The notes: generated by a model from the sequence alone, not told the origin. Positions 1-9,892 are shown, numbered from the stretch's first letter. The stretch is 64,000 nucleotides of DNA from Methanomassiliicoccaceae archaeon (GCA_040776945.1 JAXGZN010000002.1:832001-896000); one strand, 5' to 3'. Numbers and translations are program-made.

Positions 1-1208
1 GCAAGGATCGCCGGCACATTGCAGCCGGTGCCAACGACCATCGGGATGATGGCCCGTCCGTGCAGGCCGAGTCGGACCATAAGGCCGTCTAGCAGCATGA
101 CCGCTCGCGGCAGGTACCCTGAGTCCTCCAGGATGCCGAGGATGAGGTAGAACACCAGGATGTATGGTATGACTATCGCAAGGATGGCCTGGATGGACAG
201 GTCGATGCCCGAGGCGATAGCCTCACCTACGGTGCCTCCGATGAGGGCGGCGAGCTGATCGAAGACGTTGCCCGTCACCCCAGTATAGGCGTCCAGGATC
301 AGCTCTTCCAGGAACCCTCCGATGATGACGACCGAGAGGAAGATGCTGACCAGAACGGAGATCAGCAGTGGGATGCCCGTTCTCGGCCTCAGGGTGAACT
401 CGGAGATGCGGTCCTTGATCGACATCTCCCTCCTCGGGAGCCAAGCGGTGACCTCGCCGGCGATCCTTCCGGCCTCACCATAGCGGTCCCGGGCGATGTG
501 CACTTCCACATCCTCATAGTGCTCTTCCCGGAACTCCTTGCGCCATTCGTCCGCCAGCCTCTTTATTATTGGACTGAACTGCTTTGTGAAGTAGGGGTTC
601 CCTTCCAAAAGCTTGATGGTGGCTCCTCTGATGGGATAACCGGAACCCGTTTCCACCGCTCCCGCTGCGACCTCCTCCAGAAAGGCCTCGATGTGGCTGT
701 CGTACCTCGTGACGAAGTATGAACGCTGCACGCTGCCGGAGACCACGAAGTCCATGAGCTTGTCGACGCCCTCGCCGGTGAGCGCTACGGTAGGCACCAC
801 CGGCACCTTGAGTATGCCGCTCAGCTCGTCCACGTCCAGGGTGAACCTCTTCCGGGCCTGGTCCATGAAGTTAAGGGCGATGATGACCCGGTACCCCAGC
901 TCTATCAGCTGGAGGACCAGCACAAGTCCCTGCTCCAGCCTGGTCGCGTCCAGCACCGCTATGACGTAGTCTGGGGCCTTCTCCGCCAGAAGTGTCGTGG
1001 CAACCCTCTCGTCCTCGGTGACCCCCGATAGGGAATAGGTCCCGGGCAGGTCGAACACCTCGATCCTCTGCCCCTTGTGCGTCACCATGGAGGATTCGAA
1101 CTGGACGGTGGTGCCGGGATAGTTCGCGGAGATGACCCCCACTCCGGTGATGCGGCTAAAAAGGGCCGATTTGCCGACATTGAGGTTGCCTGCAAGAACG
1201 ACCTTCAT
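1..1208 (-). CDS. feoB: ferrous iron transporter FeoB (3' end outside window)
   Basis: Manual translation from ATG at 1208: MKVVLAGNLNVGKS (G1), NYPGTT, DLPG (G3), NFMD (G4), then membrane part with LEDSGYLPRA and GCNVPA. Confidence 0.93.
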   Translation of the reverse strand, partial: MKVVLAGNLNVGKSALFSRITGVGVISANYPGTTVQFESSMVTHKGQRIEVFDLPGTYSLSGVTEDERVATTLLAEKAPDYVIAVLDATRLEQGLVLVLQLIELGYRVIIALNFMDQARKRFTLDVDELSGILKVPVVPTVALTGEGVDKLMDFVVSGSVQRSYFVTRYDSHIEAFLEEVAAGAVETGSGYPIRGATIKLLEGNPYFTKQFSPIIKRLADEWRKEFREEHYEDVEVHIARDRYGEAGRIAGEVTAWLPRREMSIKDRISEFTLRPRTGIPLLISVLVSIFLSVVIIGGFLEELILDAYTGVTGNVFDQLAALIGGTVGEAIASGIDLSIQAILAIVIPYILVFYLILGILEDSGYLPRAVMLLDGLMVRLGLHGRAIIPMVVGTGCNVPAIL

Positions 1209-1210
1209 GG

Positions 1211-1870
1211 TCAGCACTTCCGGACCATGACCTTGGAGGCGTGATCGCGGGCCAATGCTATCTTCATCTCCCCCAGCTGGACCAATATGGGTCCGCCGAT
1301 GGGGATCCTCTCCTCGACCTTAATGGAACGGCCGGGAACGAAGCCCATGGAAATGAGCCTCTTGATCTTGGCCGAGTCCTCGCAGGACAGGTGGGTTATC
1401 TTGCCGAGCTCTCCGTCGGACATATCGGTCAGCGGCACTGAGAAATCAGGGTCCGGAGCGGAGGGGGGTTCGCATACCGGTATGGGGTTCCCGTCCGGAC
1501 AGCAAGTGGGATAGTTCAGCAGCTGATTGAACATCTCCACAGTGTCATCGGATATATTGTGCTCTAGCTTCATGGCCTCCTGATGGCCTTGCTCCTTGTC
1601 CATCCCCACGATGTCGACGAGGAAGCGTTCCAGAAGCCGATGGCGACGCATGATGCGCTCCGCCACCGTTCGGCCCTTTGGGGTTAGGGTGACGCCTTTG
1701 TACCGCTCATAGTTCAGATAACCTTCGGAAGCGAGCTTTTGGGTCATCTCGGTGACGCTGGCGGGAGTGAGGTCCATCTTGGCGGCGATCGCGGTCGTCT
1801 TCACCGGGCCGTTCCCCCTGGTCAGGTCGTAGATGCAGGCGAGGTAGTCCTCGGCGTTCTCGCTTACCAT
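1211..1870 (-). CDS. DtxR/MntR family metal-dependent regulator with C-terminal FeoA domain
   Basis: ENAEDYL..IY, PASVTEM HTH, RRHRLLERFL, EAMKLEH, CPDGNPIP, and FeoA-like RLISMGFVPG tail. Start reset to ATG 1870. Confidence 0.92.
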   Translation of the reverse strand: MVSENAEDYLACIYDLTRGNGPVKTTAIAAKMDLTPASVTEMTQKLASEGYLNYERYKGVTLTPKGRTVAERIMRRHRLLERFLVDIVGMDKEQGHQEAMKLEHNISDDTVEMFNQLLNYPTCCPDGNPIPVCEPPSAPDPDFSVPLTDMSDGELGKITHLSCEDSAKIKRLISMGFVPGRSIKVEERIPIGGPILVQLGEMKIALARDHASKVMVRKC

Positions 1871-1893
1871 GGCATCGCAGAACCAGAATGGAA

Positions 1894-1918
1894 TTAATAT
1901 AACTTTGGATGACCGAAA
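1894..1918 (-). promoter_or_regulatory. TATA box plus DtxR-like operator of the regulator-feoB operon
   Basis: Minus strand reads TTTCGGTCATCCAAA (imperfect palindrome resembling TTAGGTTAGCCTAA) directly before TTATATTAA. Confidence 0.5.
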
Positions 1919-1923
1919 ATAGT

Positions 1924-2961
1924 TTAGATGTCGCGGAACGGAACGATGTCGCAGCACCCGCACTCGTGGCACATGGTGTGCAGCGTGTACGAGGTCAGCC
2001 CGTGCCTCTCCAGCACCTCCCGCTGCTTGCGGGCGAGGTCCAGCATCCGCTGGGGAGAGATCGGTTCCAGCTCGCCCAAGGCCTCGGTCATCGGCCCCCT
2101 GTTCAGCTCGTTCAGGCGCAGCGGCCGCAGCGTGGCCACGCACCCTAGGCGGGCCAGGGCCTCCACGCCCTCCAGGACGTTCTCGTCGGTCTCCCCCATC
2201 CCCACGATGATGTTGGACGTTACCTTCCCGCGTCCGAAGACCTTTCCGGCGTAGGAGATCGCCTCCATGATGCTGTTCTGGTCCTGCTCGCCGCACACCT
2301 TCTCGAATATGCCGCGGTCGAACGTCTCGATGTTCAGCTTGATCTCGTCGGCGCCGGCGGCCTTCAGCTGGTCAACCTGCTCCAGTCTGTCGATGTACGG
2401 CTCCACCCCTATGGGGATGTCGGGCAGCCTCTCGCGGACCTTCCTGATGACGTATGCGAGCTTGTCTACGGTGCTCTGGGGGTCGCTGACGACCGCGGAG
2501 GTTATGGCCACTGCCTTGAGGTCCGGCCTCTCTGCCAGCTTCAGGATCATGGCCACCACCTTGTCCGGGTCGAGGTCCTTGGTGATCCTCTTGTCCAGGG
2601 AGGGGGATGTGCAGAAGCGGCAATGGTAGATGCACCGGGTATCGAGATTGAAGAACGCCTGCTCCGGGGCGTGGGCCAGCGTCGGGCGGATCTCTACGTT
2701 CTCAACAAGAACCTCGCTGCCGCGCATTATCGTATAGAGCGGCCCATTCCCGATCAGGGCGAACTCCCCCTCCTCAGTGGTGAACGCCTTCTTTAGCCGC
2801 GCCCCTCCGAAAGCGAGGACGATGGATGCCGAGCCCGCCCCCGGCCCGGCCGTGGAGCGGGACACCGGGAAAGGGGGCCGGAAGTTCTCCGGGACCTTTA
2901 TCGGTCCGCCGGCCAGCAATATCGCCTTCTTTCGCGCAATCAGCTCGCGGTCCTCTTCCAC
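1924..2961 (-). CDS. radical SAM protein (biotin/lipoate synthase-like, C-terminal CxxCGCC)
   Basis: CIYHCRFC motif, KLNIET, SNIIVGMGET, terminal CHECGCCD. Confidence 0.8.
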   Translation of the reverse strand: MEEDRELIARKKAILLAGGPIKVPENFRPPFPVSRSTAGPGAGSASIVLAFGGARLKKAFTTEEGEFALIGNGPLYTIMRGSEVLVENVEIRPTLAHAPEQAFFNLDTRCIYHCRFCTSPSLDKRITKDLDPDKVVAMILKLAERPDLKAVAITSAVVSDPQSTVDKLAYVIRKVRERLPDIPIGVEPYIDRLEQVDQLKAAGADEIKLNIETFDRGIFEKVCGEQDQNSIMEAISYAGKVFGRGKVTSNIIVGMGETDENVLEGVEALARLGCVATLRPLRLNELNRGPMTEALGELEPISPQRMLDLARKQREVLERHGLTSYTLHTMCHECGCCDIVPFRDI

Positions 2962-4346
2962 TTGACGCCCTCCGAGGTGTCCTGCAGCTCCACGCCGCTC
3001 TCCTTGAGGCGGTCGCGTATCTTGTCCGCGAGATCGTACTGCTTCCGCTTGCGGAGCTCGTTGCGGACCTCGATGAGGATGTCGATGATCTCGCCGGAAC
3101 GGTCCTCCTTGACCTCTGGCGCAGATGGAAGAATGCCGAACACCGAGTCCATCTCCTCCAGCGCCGCGAGGATGTCATTGGCCCCCTGGGCGCCCAGCTC
3201 GCCGGCCGCCAGCAGGCGGTTGGTCTCCCGCACCAGCTCGAACACCTCGGACATCGCCGCCCGCGTGTTGAAGTCCTGGTCCATGGCATCCACGAACCGC
3301 CTGCGGAAGTCCGCTGCCAGGTCGGCGGCGCCGCTTCCAGGCCTGGCGCTCCGGGCCACCGCCTTGAGCTCATGATATGCGTTGTGCAGCCTACGCAGGC
3401 TGGCGGCGGCCTCCTCCAGCGCGGCCTCGGAGTACACCTGAGGGCCGCGGTAGTGCGCAGACAGCACGTAGAAGCGGACCTCCTCCTTGGTGTGCTTCTT
3501 CAGAACGTCCTTGACGGCGAAGAAGTTCTTCAGCGATTTGGACATCTTGGCGTCCTGGACCTGGAGCATCCCGTTGTGCACCCAGAACCTCGCCAGGGGC
3601 TTGCGGTTGGCCGCCTCGGACTGGAGGATCTCGTTCTCATGGTGAGGGAAGATCAGATCGTTGCCTCCGCCATGTATGTCGATCGTCTCCCCAAGATAAT
3701 CGGTGCACATGGCCGAGCATTCGATGTGCCATCCCGGCCGGCCCTTGCCCCAAGGTGAGTCCCATGAGATCTCCCCAGGCTTGGCGGCCTTCCACAGCGC
3801 GAAGTCGTACGGGTTCCTCTTCATCTCGTTGACCTCGACCCTGGCCCCGGCCTGCATGTCCTCCAGCCTCTGCCCGGTGAGCCGCCCATAGTCCTCTACC
3901 GCGTCCACGGAGAAGTACACGCTGCCGTCCTCGCTCTGGTATGCGAAGCCCCGGTCGATGATCCTCTGGACCATGGCTATGATCCCGCCGATGTTCTCCG
4001 ACGCCTTGGGATATGCGTCGGCACGGCGGACCCCCAGGGCGTCGATGTCCTGAAAGTACCGCTCGATGTACATCTTGGACAGGGCAAGGGGGTCCATGCC
4101 CATTTCCGCCGCGCGGTTGATGATCTTGTCGTCCACATCGGTGAAGTTGGTGAGGTGCGTAACCTCGTACCCGCGGTAGCGCAGGTACCTGGCGATCATA
4201 TCGAAAACGATGATCGAGCGCGCGTGGCCCATGTGGATGTCGTCGTAGACGGTGACGCCGCAGACGTACATCTTGACCTTGCGGTCGTCGAGGGGCACGA
4301 ACTCCTCCTCGCGCTTGGTGAGCGTATTGAACATTCTCAGAACCAA
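2940..4346 (-). CDS. cysS: cysteinyl-tRNA synthetase
   Basis: YVCGVTVY, HMGH (HIGH), GRPGWHIECSAM, HGGGNDLIFPHHENE, KMSKS. Confidence 0.97.
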   Translation of the reverse strand: MVLRMFNTLTKREEEFVPLDDRKVKMYVCGVTVYDDIHMGHARSIIVFDMIARYLRYRGYEVTHLTNFTDVDDKIINRAAEMGMDPLALSKMYIERYFQDIDALGVRRADAYPKASENIGGIIAMVQRIIDRGFAYQSEDGSVYFSVDAVEDYGRLTGQRLEDMQAGARVEVNEMKRNPYDFALWKAAKPGEISWDSPWGKGRPGWHIECSAMCTDYLGETIDIHGGGNDLIFPHHENEILQSEAANRKPLARFWVHNGMLQVQDAKMSKSLKNFFAVKDVLKKHTKEEVRFYVLSAHYRGPQVYSEAALEEAAASLRRLHNAYHELKAVARSARPGSGAADLAADFRRRFVDAMDQDFNTRAAMSEVFELVRETNRLLAAGELGAQGANDILAALEEMDSVFGILPSAPEVKEDRSGEIIDILIEVRNELRKRKQYDLADKIRDRLKESGVELQDTSEGVKWKRTAS

Positions 4347-4379
4347 ATTATCCCGTCCTGCTAATGGGCCGGTGCCTCA

Positions 4380-5024
4380 TTAACCTTTTTTTAGCTTATC
4401 CTCGAGCGAGGCAACGCGGCCCTCCAGGCGCTCGATGGACCTGCTTATGTCATTGAGAACGTTAACGACCGGATCTGGCAGGTTTTCCACCCGCAGCTGG
4501 GGGACCGCTCTCTCGCCGTTCCTTCGCACGATCTTTCCCGGTATTCCGACCACAGTGCTGTTGGGCGGCACATCCTTGACCACCACCGATCCCGCCCCGA
4601 TCTTAGAGCTCTCTCCAACCACGATGTCTCCGAGCACCGTGGCGTGCGCCCCGATGATCACGTTGTCCCCTATGGTCGGATGCCTCTTCTCCTTAAGAGT
4701 GGAGACACCCCCCAGGGTCACGCCTTGGAAGATGGACACGTTATCGCCTATGATGGTGGTCTCCCCGACCACCACGCCTGTTGCGTGGTCTATGAAGAAC
4801 CCTTTGCCGATGGTCGCTCCGGGATGAATGTCGGCGCCGGTGAGCACCCGGGCCCAATAGTTGAGCAGTCGGGCGAGCTTGTACTCACCCTTCATGTAGA
4901 AGCGGTGCGAAAGGCGATGGATGAGGATGGCATGAAGGCCGGGACTGAACATCAGGGCCTCGGAGAACGATTTCGGCGCCGGGTCACGCTCCAGCACCGT
5001 CCTCACGTCATCTTTCCAGGACAT
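4380..5024 (-). CDS. cysE: serine O-acetyltransferase
   Basis: RDPA, DIHPGA, FIDHATGVVVGET, GVTLGG, KRHPTIG hexapeptide repeats. Confidence 0.96.
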   Translation of the reverse strand: MSWKDDVRTVLERDPAPKSFSEALMFSPGLHAILIHRLSHRFYMKGEYKLARLLNYWARVLTGADIHPGATIGKGFFIDHATGVVVGETTIIGDNVSIFQGVTLGGVSTLKEKRHPTIGDNVIIGAHATVLGDIVVGESSKIGAGSVVVKDVPPNSTVVGIPGKIVRRNGERAVPQLRVENLPDPVVNVLNDISRSIERLEGRVASLEDKLKKG

Positions 5025-5140
5025 GGAGAACGATTGTGAATATCTCAGTGGGGTTTAATGTTACTGTCGACCGTGCGGCCGATCATAGACATAGGGAACG
5101 ATTAATAGCCCACTCGCTTCTTCCGTGCCCTGTGGCGGCC

Positions 5141-5728
5141 ATGAACGAGGTCCTGAAGAACATCTACGAGCGGCGTTCGGTGCGCTCCTATGCCGAGAAG
5201 AGCGTTCCTGAAGAGACGGTCCGGGAGATCATCAAGGCCGGGTTCCATGCCGCCAACGGAGTGAATGCCCAGGGGCTGAGGTTCGCGGTGATCACCGACC
5301 GGGCGAAGCTGAAGACCTACGCCGAAAAGGCCCGGGTGATGTCCCTCATCGCCTTCCAGAGGTTGAACGAGCAGCGGCCGAGCGAGGCGACCTCCAGATT
5401 GATCAGGTCCCTCTCCAACCCAGAGAACGATATCTTCCACGGCGCTCCGGCCGTCGTGTTCATATTCACCACCCCCGCCTGTCTGACCCCGGTCGAGGAC
5501 GCTTCCCTGGCCGCGGGGAACATGATGCTGGCGGCCAGGAGCCTAGGGCTCGGAAGCTGCTGGATCGGCTTCGCCAAGAGCCTGGGCGGTGACCCTGAGT
5601 TCGTGAAGGAGATGAACGTACCCGGGGACCATTCCCTGGCGGCCTCGTTGATCCTCGGCTATCCGAAGAACGAGGGATCGAGGCCATCGGTACGGGACGA
5701 GCCGAAGATCCTGGGCTGGTTGAAGTAG
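5141..5728 (+). CDS. nitroreductase family protein
   Basis: RRSVRSY, NMMLAARSLGLGSCWIG, LGYP. Start reset to ATG 5141. Confidence 0.92.
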   Translation: MNEVLKNIYERRSVRSYAEKSVPEETVREIIKAGFHAANGVNAQGLRFAVITDRAKLKTYAEKARVMSLIAFQRLNEQRPSEATSRLIRSLSNPENDIFHGAPAVVFIFTTPACLTPVEDASLAAGNMMLAARSLGLGSCWIGFAKSLGGDPEFVKEMNVPGDHSLAASLILGYPKNEGSRPSVRDEPKILGWLK

Positions 5729-5818
5729 AGGGCGCTCGAGCGGCCGGTCAGCTCCCCTTAAAGGCCGGTTCCAAGAACGCTCAACGCGGAACGCGTCGCT
5801 TAGACGGTCGTTGAAAGG

Positions 5819-6139
5819 TCACAGAAGGACCAGGTTCACTACGAAGGACGCGACGAGGCCCGGAAGCGACAGGACTATGCCGAGAAATGCCAGCGTGTTC
5901 CCCTCGCTCTTCTTGGACAGGGACACGGCTCCGAGGATGACACCCGCCGGGGTGAAGATTGTGGGCAGCACAATGAAGCTGGCCATGCCCAGCACCACCG
6001 AGCCTATGGCCCAGTTCCTCTCCGGAGCGCGAACGGATGATGGTTGAGGATGGTAGTAAGCGGGCGGGCAGGGTGAGGGCACCGGAAACCTATTGCCGCA
6101 CCTCGGGCAGAAGCTGCCGATCGGGACCACCTCCCGCAT
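5819..6139 (-). CDS. small membrane protein with zinc ribbon (DUF4190-like)
   Basis: CPRCG knuckle, Pro-rich linker, then AIGSVVLG...GVILG...LGIVLS transmembrane helices. Confidence 0.6.
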   Translation of the reverse strand: MREVVPIGSFCPRCGNRFPVPSPCPPAYYHPQPSSVRAPERNWAIGSVVLGMASFIVLPTIFTPAGVILGAVSLSKKSEGNTLAFLGIVLSLPGLVASFVVNLVLL

Positions 6140-6294
6140 GTCGAGAAGAATATGACCAGAAATCAATGTCGGGCTATTTAATATCATTATGGTATTACTA
6201 TTATAATTATTTATGATTATGTCCTGTTCTCAACCCTGATGTTAAGGGCCTCGATCGTGCGATAAGTGTAGGAGACCGGGCATTAAGAAATGAG

Positions 6295-6397
6295 TGGGGC
6301 CGGGACCGAGATTTGAACTCGGGTGTACGGATATCCGCCAATGGCCTGCTGCCATGGTAGGCTGCAGTCCGCCACATGGCCGCTCTGTCATCCCGGC
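6295..6397 (-). tRNA. tRNA-Cys(GCA) with 29-nt intron at 37/38 (6333..6361), CCA encoded
   Basis: Acceptor GCCGGGA/TCCCGGC, anticodon arm GCGGA-CTGCAG^A-TCCGT, T-arm CCGAG-TTCAAAT-CTCGG. BHB motif: CTGC/GCGG helix with AG^C and AT^A bulges. Confidence 0.93.
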
Positions 6398-6612
6398 GTC
6401 TGGGGTAGAATTGGCTACCCATATATTAGAATATCGTACCCACGTTGAACTGGATAAGCGGGATGATTGGTTTCTTTTCCTCCTCGAGCTAAAACGAAAC
6501 CAGTCCCCCACTGGTCGATATGCTAGTGCTTGTTCAAATTACATAAATCTTGATAGAAACAAAAAGAAACGATTTCTGTTGATCGCCTTCTATAATCAAT
6601 GGACCCTAGGTT

Positions 6613-8223
6613 CTATTTCGAAAATTGTTCACATGACCTGCACACACTTTTTTTCTTCATGAATGCTCCCCTAGTTGTAGAGCAGATGGAACATGTCACC
6701 CTAGTGCAGACCGAACATATTGTTCTATGTTTCTCGCAAATAAGCCTGCCGCAGATCTGACATGGATTTGAACAGGTGTGGCAAATAAGTTGGTTGCAAA
6801 TATTGCATGCAACGGACAGGTGCTCATTACAGTATCTCTGGCCACAAGAAGAACATTGCACATTGTGATTGTCACATAACCACTTTCCGCACATGGAGCA
6901 CTGAACGATGTGCTTATCGCATAACGCATCTCCACAAACGTCACAGACAGCACTGGTGGTCTTTCTCTGGATCTTGACCAGACTCTTCAGTAAATGGTTT
7001 GGACAGACAGTAATGGTATCTTCAAGCATTGTTCCGCTTCCCGCTAGCATCCTTCGAGCATGAATTCTGCCAGATGAGCTGAAACCAAGTTCCCATAAAG
7101 GCACAAATATGGGTCTAGTGTCGTTTAGAACGATTTCGTCATTTCTAGGTACATAGACCTTAGAGGTCATATGGCCGTTCTTAGTAGTGTATCTGAATTC
7201 TTGCGTATTGTGTCTAGTGATCTCAAGTAGGGCTCGCCTTTTTGCTTCCTTCCTATCGATCATTGGAACGATTTTGACCAATTCATAATTGGCCCCGCCA
7301 CTAGAAAAATAGCTATTCGAGATCCCTAATGCTAACTCTCTTGATATTGCTACATCTTCCGCTAATTCTCCGGTGAATGCTTGTTTTATTTTTCCTAATC
7401 CGGATGATAAGCTTGCGTCGATTATCGCCCCATCCTCTCTTTGCAAGAATATTTCATCGGGATCTATACCATTTATGACACAGAAGCCAACGTCATTGAT
7501 CCTTTTTACAGAACCATCAGGCAATCTAAAGTCAGCTCTCAAACGATAGCTTATTCGATAATATGGCTTCCAGACCAGTCTTGCGCTTTCAATCATTACC
7601 TTTTCTGAGTTTCTAAGGTTAAGCTTGGTCGCTTCCTCAAAGCTCACTTGTTGGGGCACCGCGTGCATGAACCTTTCTTGATGGTTGGGAGAACGACCGC
7701 TTCTCAGTTCCAGTATGCGCATAGCCAGATCGTCCTTCTCCCAAATTGTTATGCCATTGGCTTCTGCTACTTCTTTTGCGTCATGTGTTATTCTTGAATA
7801 AACGACAAAAAGCCCGTTCTTTATGCCAGTCGCTTTCAATGCATTGCAGAAGTAGTACACCTTTTCCCTGCCAACAGCATTTAAGTAGTACTTGCACTCA
7901 ACCGCTTTCTGAAGTTGTGTACCATCTCTACTCTTTGTTGTAAGTATATCTATCTCCCAATACTGACCATCGGTTCCGAGGAGTCTAACGTTCCTTTGGG
8001 TCGAGTAGCCCTCAGAAGCAAGGATCTCTTCTATTAGCACTTCGAACTTGTTCCCTAGGTCCTTTCTAGAAAGAGAGGTGCTCAGGCGTTCCTCTGGATG
8101 TTGTTCCTTTTCCTCTTCGTTATTGAGCACGTATGAACTGTTGTATTTGCACTCCCCTGAAATTATTTGATTGCCACAGCCTGTGCAGAACTTTGCTGAT
8201 AGATCTGCAACGGATGGCCACAT
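6613..8223 (-). CDS. Mrr-like PD-(D/E)xK restriction endonuclease with N-terminal zinc ribbon and C-terminal Cys/His zinc-finger array
   Basis: GNKFE..IEEIL...GY, EIDIL, VECK, ANGITIW; tandem CxxC...CxxH units at the C-terminus; AT-rich DNA. Confidence 0.8.
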   Translation of the reverse strand: MWPSVADLSAKFCTGCGNQIISGECKYNSSYVLNNEEEKEQHPEERLSTSLSRKDLGNKFEVLIEEILASEGYSTQRNVRLLGTDGQYWEIDILTTKSRDGTQLQKAVECKYYLNAVGREKVYYFCNALKATGIKNGLFVVYSRITHDAKEVAEANGITIWEKDDLAMRILELRSGRSPNHQERFMHAVPQQVSFEEATKLNLRNSEKVMIESARLVWKPYYRISYRLRADFRLPDGSVKRINDVGFCVINGIDPDEIFLQREDGAIIDASLSSGLGKIKQAFTGELAEDVAISRELALGISNSYFSSGGANYELVKIVPMIDRKEAKRRALLEITRHNTQEFRYTTKNGHMTSKVYVPRNDEIVLNDTRPIFVPLWELGFSSSGRIHARRMLAGSGTMLEDTITVCPNHLLKSLVKIQRKTTSAVCDVCGDALCDKHIVQCSMCGKWLCDNHNVQCSSCGQRYCNEHLSVACNICNQLICHTCSNPCQICGRLICEKHRTICSVCTRVTCSICSTTRGAFMKKKSVCRSCEQFSK

Positions 8224-8592
8224 TGGGAGCAGAACCTAGCCATGGAGTGCCAGATTATGTGTGCCAGCTTATAATTGTTGCATGGGCATCAAGCTATTGC
8301 TTAAACCATCATGCTGGCGATAAGCGAGACATCAAAATTGAGGACGATATCTTAGACCATCCTAAAAAATGATCATTAGGTACTTTCCAACAGCGTGTTG
8401 TTCTGCAAGATGCCTTACCGCATCAGGATCAAAAAAAAGCATGGTCCATAGAACAGGCCTACCTATCTTGCGGATTCAATGCTTTGATTCGTTAGTAATA
8501 TAACGTTATAACATCGGATTCATTGTCTTTTTCCGCTCTTTTCACGAGACCTGCATAAATCGGTGCCGCTCCGTTATTTCAGCACCTAGGTA

Positions 8593-9582
8593 ATGACCAT
8601 GTCAGACCACTTGGACGCACATGATGGAAAATCGCCGAGAATGGACCCCCGACTGGATATCTGCGACCTATATGCTTTTCAGAGCCCGGGCGATCCCGGA
8701 AGGACCGTTCTGGTCCTTAACGTCAATCCCTTCGCCCCCACCGGCGCCGACGCCTTCCACCCGGACGCTATCTATGAGATCCTGGTGGTTTCAGACGGTA
8801 ACGCCGACAGCGACCTGGCGTTCCGCTTCACATTCTCCGAGAAAGAGGGCGGGAAGCAGCTGGCGACGCTGCGAATGGCCCGGGGCGGGGAGGCTCAGAG
8901 CGGGAAGCTGGAAGGAGACGTCCTGTTCAAGGACGTGCTGGTGGACCTCGAAGGGAACGTCCAAGTTTCCGAGCAGGATGGTTTCCGGCTCTACGTGGGG
9001 ATGCGCAGCGATCCCTTCTTCTTTGACCTCAAGGGCTACCTCAACGGGATGCAGTTCACCGGAGACGACTTCTTCCTGGACAAGAACGTCTTCAGCATGG
9101 TCCTGGAGCTGCCCAACAGCGAGATGGGGAGCGATCCTCGTGTGAACATCTGGGCCCGCGTCATGATGCCGAAGAACGGATCTTACATCCAGGTGGACCG
9201 CATGGGTCACCCCTTCATGAACGTCGGCTTCACCGCGCCCGAGGACAAGGACGCCTTCAACCAGAATGTTCCGGCACGAGACCGGGAGCTCTTCACCGAC
9301 AAGGTGGTCAAGCTGCTGGTGTCGAAGGGGCGGGACCCGGATAGCGCGAATAGGGAGGCCCTCAAGCTGCTGCCGGACGTGCTATCTTACGATCGCTCAC
9401 GCGCAGCGGGCTACCCCAACGGACGGACGCTCAGGGACGACATCATCGACCATCAGCTCGCCATCCTGACCAATGGCAAGGTGACCACGGACCGGGTGGG
9501 GCCGCACGATGACCTTGTGGACGATTTCCCCTACCTCGGCTCTCCGCGGCCAATCAAGCAGGAGATAAAGGAGCCGAGCTGA
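8593..9582 (+). CDS. DUF4331 family protein
   Basis: SDHLDA, DICDLYAF, RSDPFFFDL, QVDRMGHP, YPNGRTLRDD, FPYLG. Confidence 0.8.
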   Translation: MTMSDHLDAHDGKSPRMDPRLDICDLYAFQSPGDPGRTVLVLNVNPFAPTGADAFHPDAIYEILVVSDGNADSDLAFRFTFSEKEGGKQLATLRMARGGEAQSGKLEGDVLFKDVLVDLEGNVQVSEQDGFRLYVGMRSDPFFFDLKGYLNGMQFTGDDFFLDKNVFSMVLELPNSEMGSDPRVNIWARVMMPKNGSYIQVDRMGHPFMNVGFTAPEDKDAFNQNVPARDRELFTDKVVKLLVSKGRDPDSANREALKLLPDVLSYDRSRAAGYPNGRTLRDDIIDHQLAILTNGKVTTDRVGPHDDLVDDFPYLGSPRPIKQEIKEPS

Positions 9583-9892
9583 GGAGCTCATTGATGCCTG
9601 CGTGACTGTGCGGGCAGGGTTGGCCGCGAAGAGCTCGGGGAGGACCGCATCTCACTGGCAGGGGACCATTTCGAGGGTTGGCCGGTGGTCGCTCCCATCC
9701 GGCCGACACGGGCCCAACGCATCTATCGCTTCATGGCTTGGAAGCACGTGCATGGCGACCGCGGCGGTCCGGACCGGTCCACGCTCGAGCGGTCTGCCGA
9801 TCGCTCATGTTGCACCCGTCAAGGCCTCGAGGCTAGGCCAAGGCCTCCGTTCCGGAGCAATGTTAAATATTCTGAACGGACTGCTCCCGCCG

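Noticed and set aside
1871-2296. N-terminal extension of the DtxR ORF
   Set aside because: It overlaps the radical SAM gene and the promoter; homology begins at MVSENAEDY.
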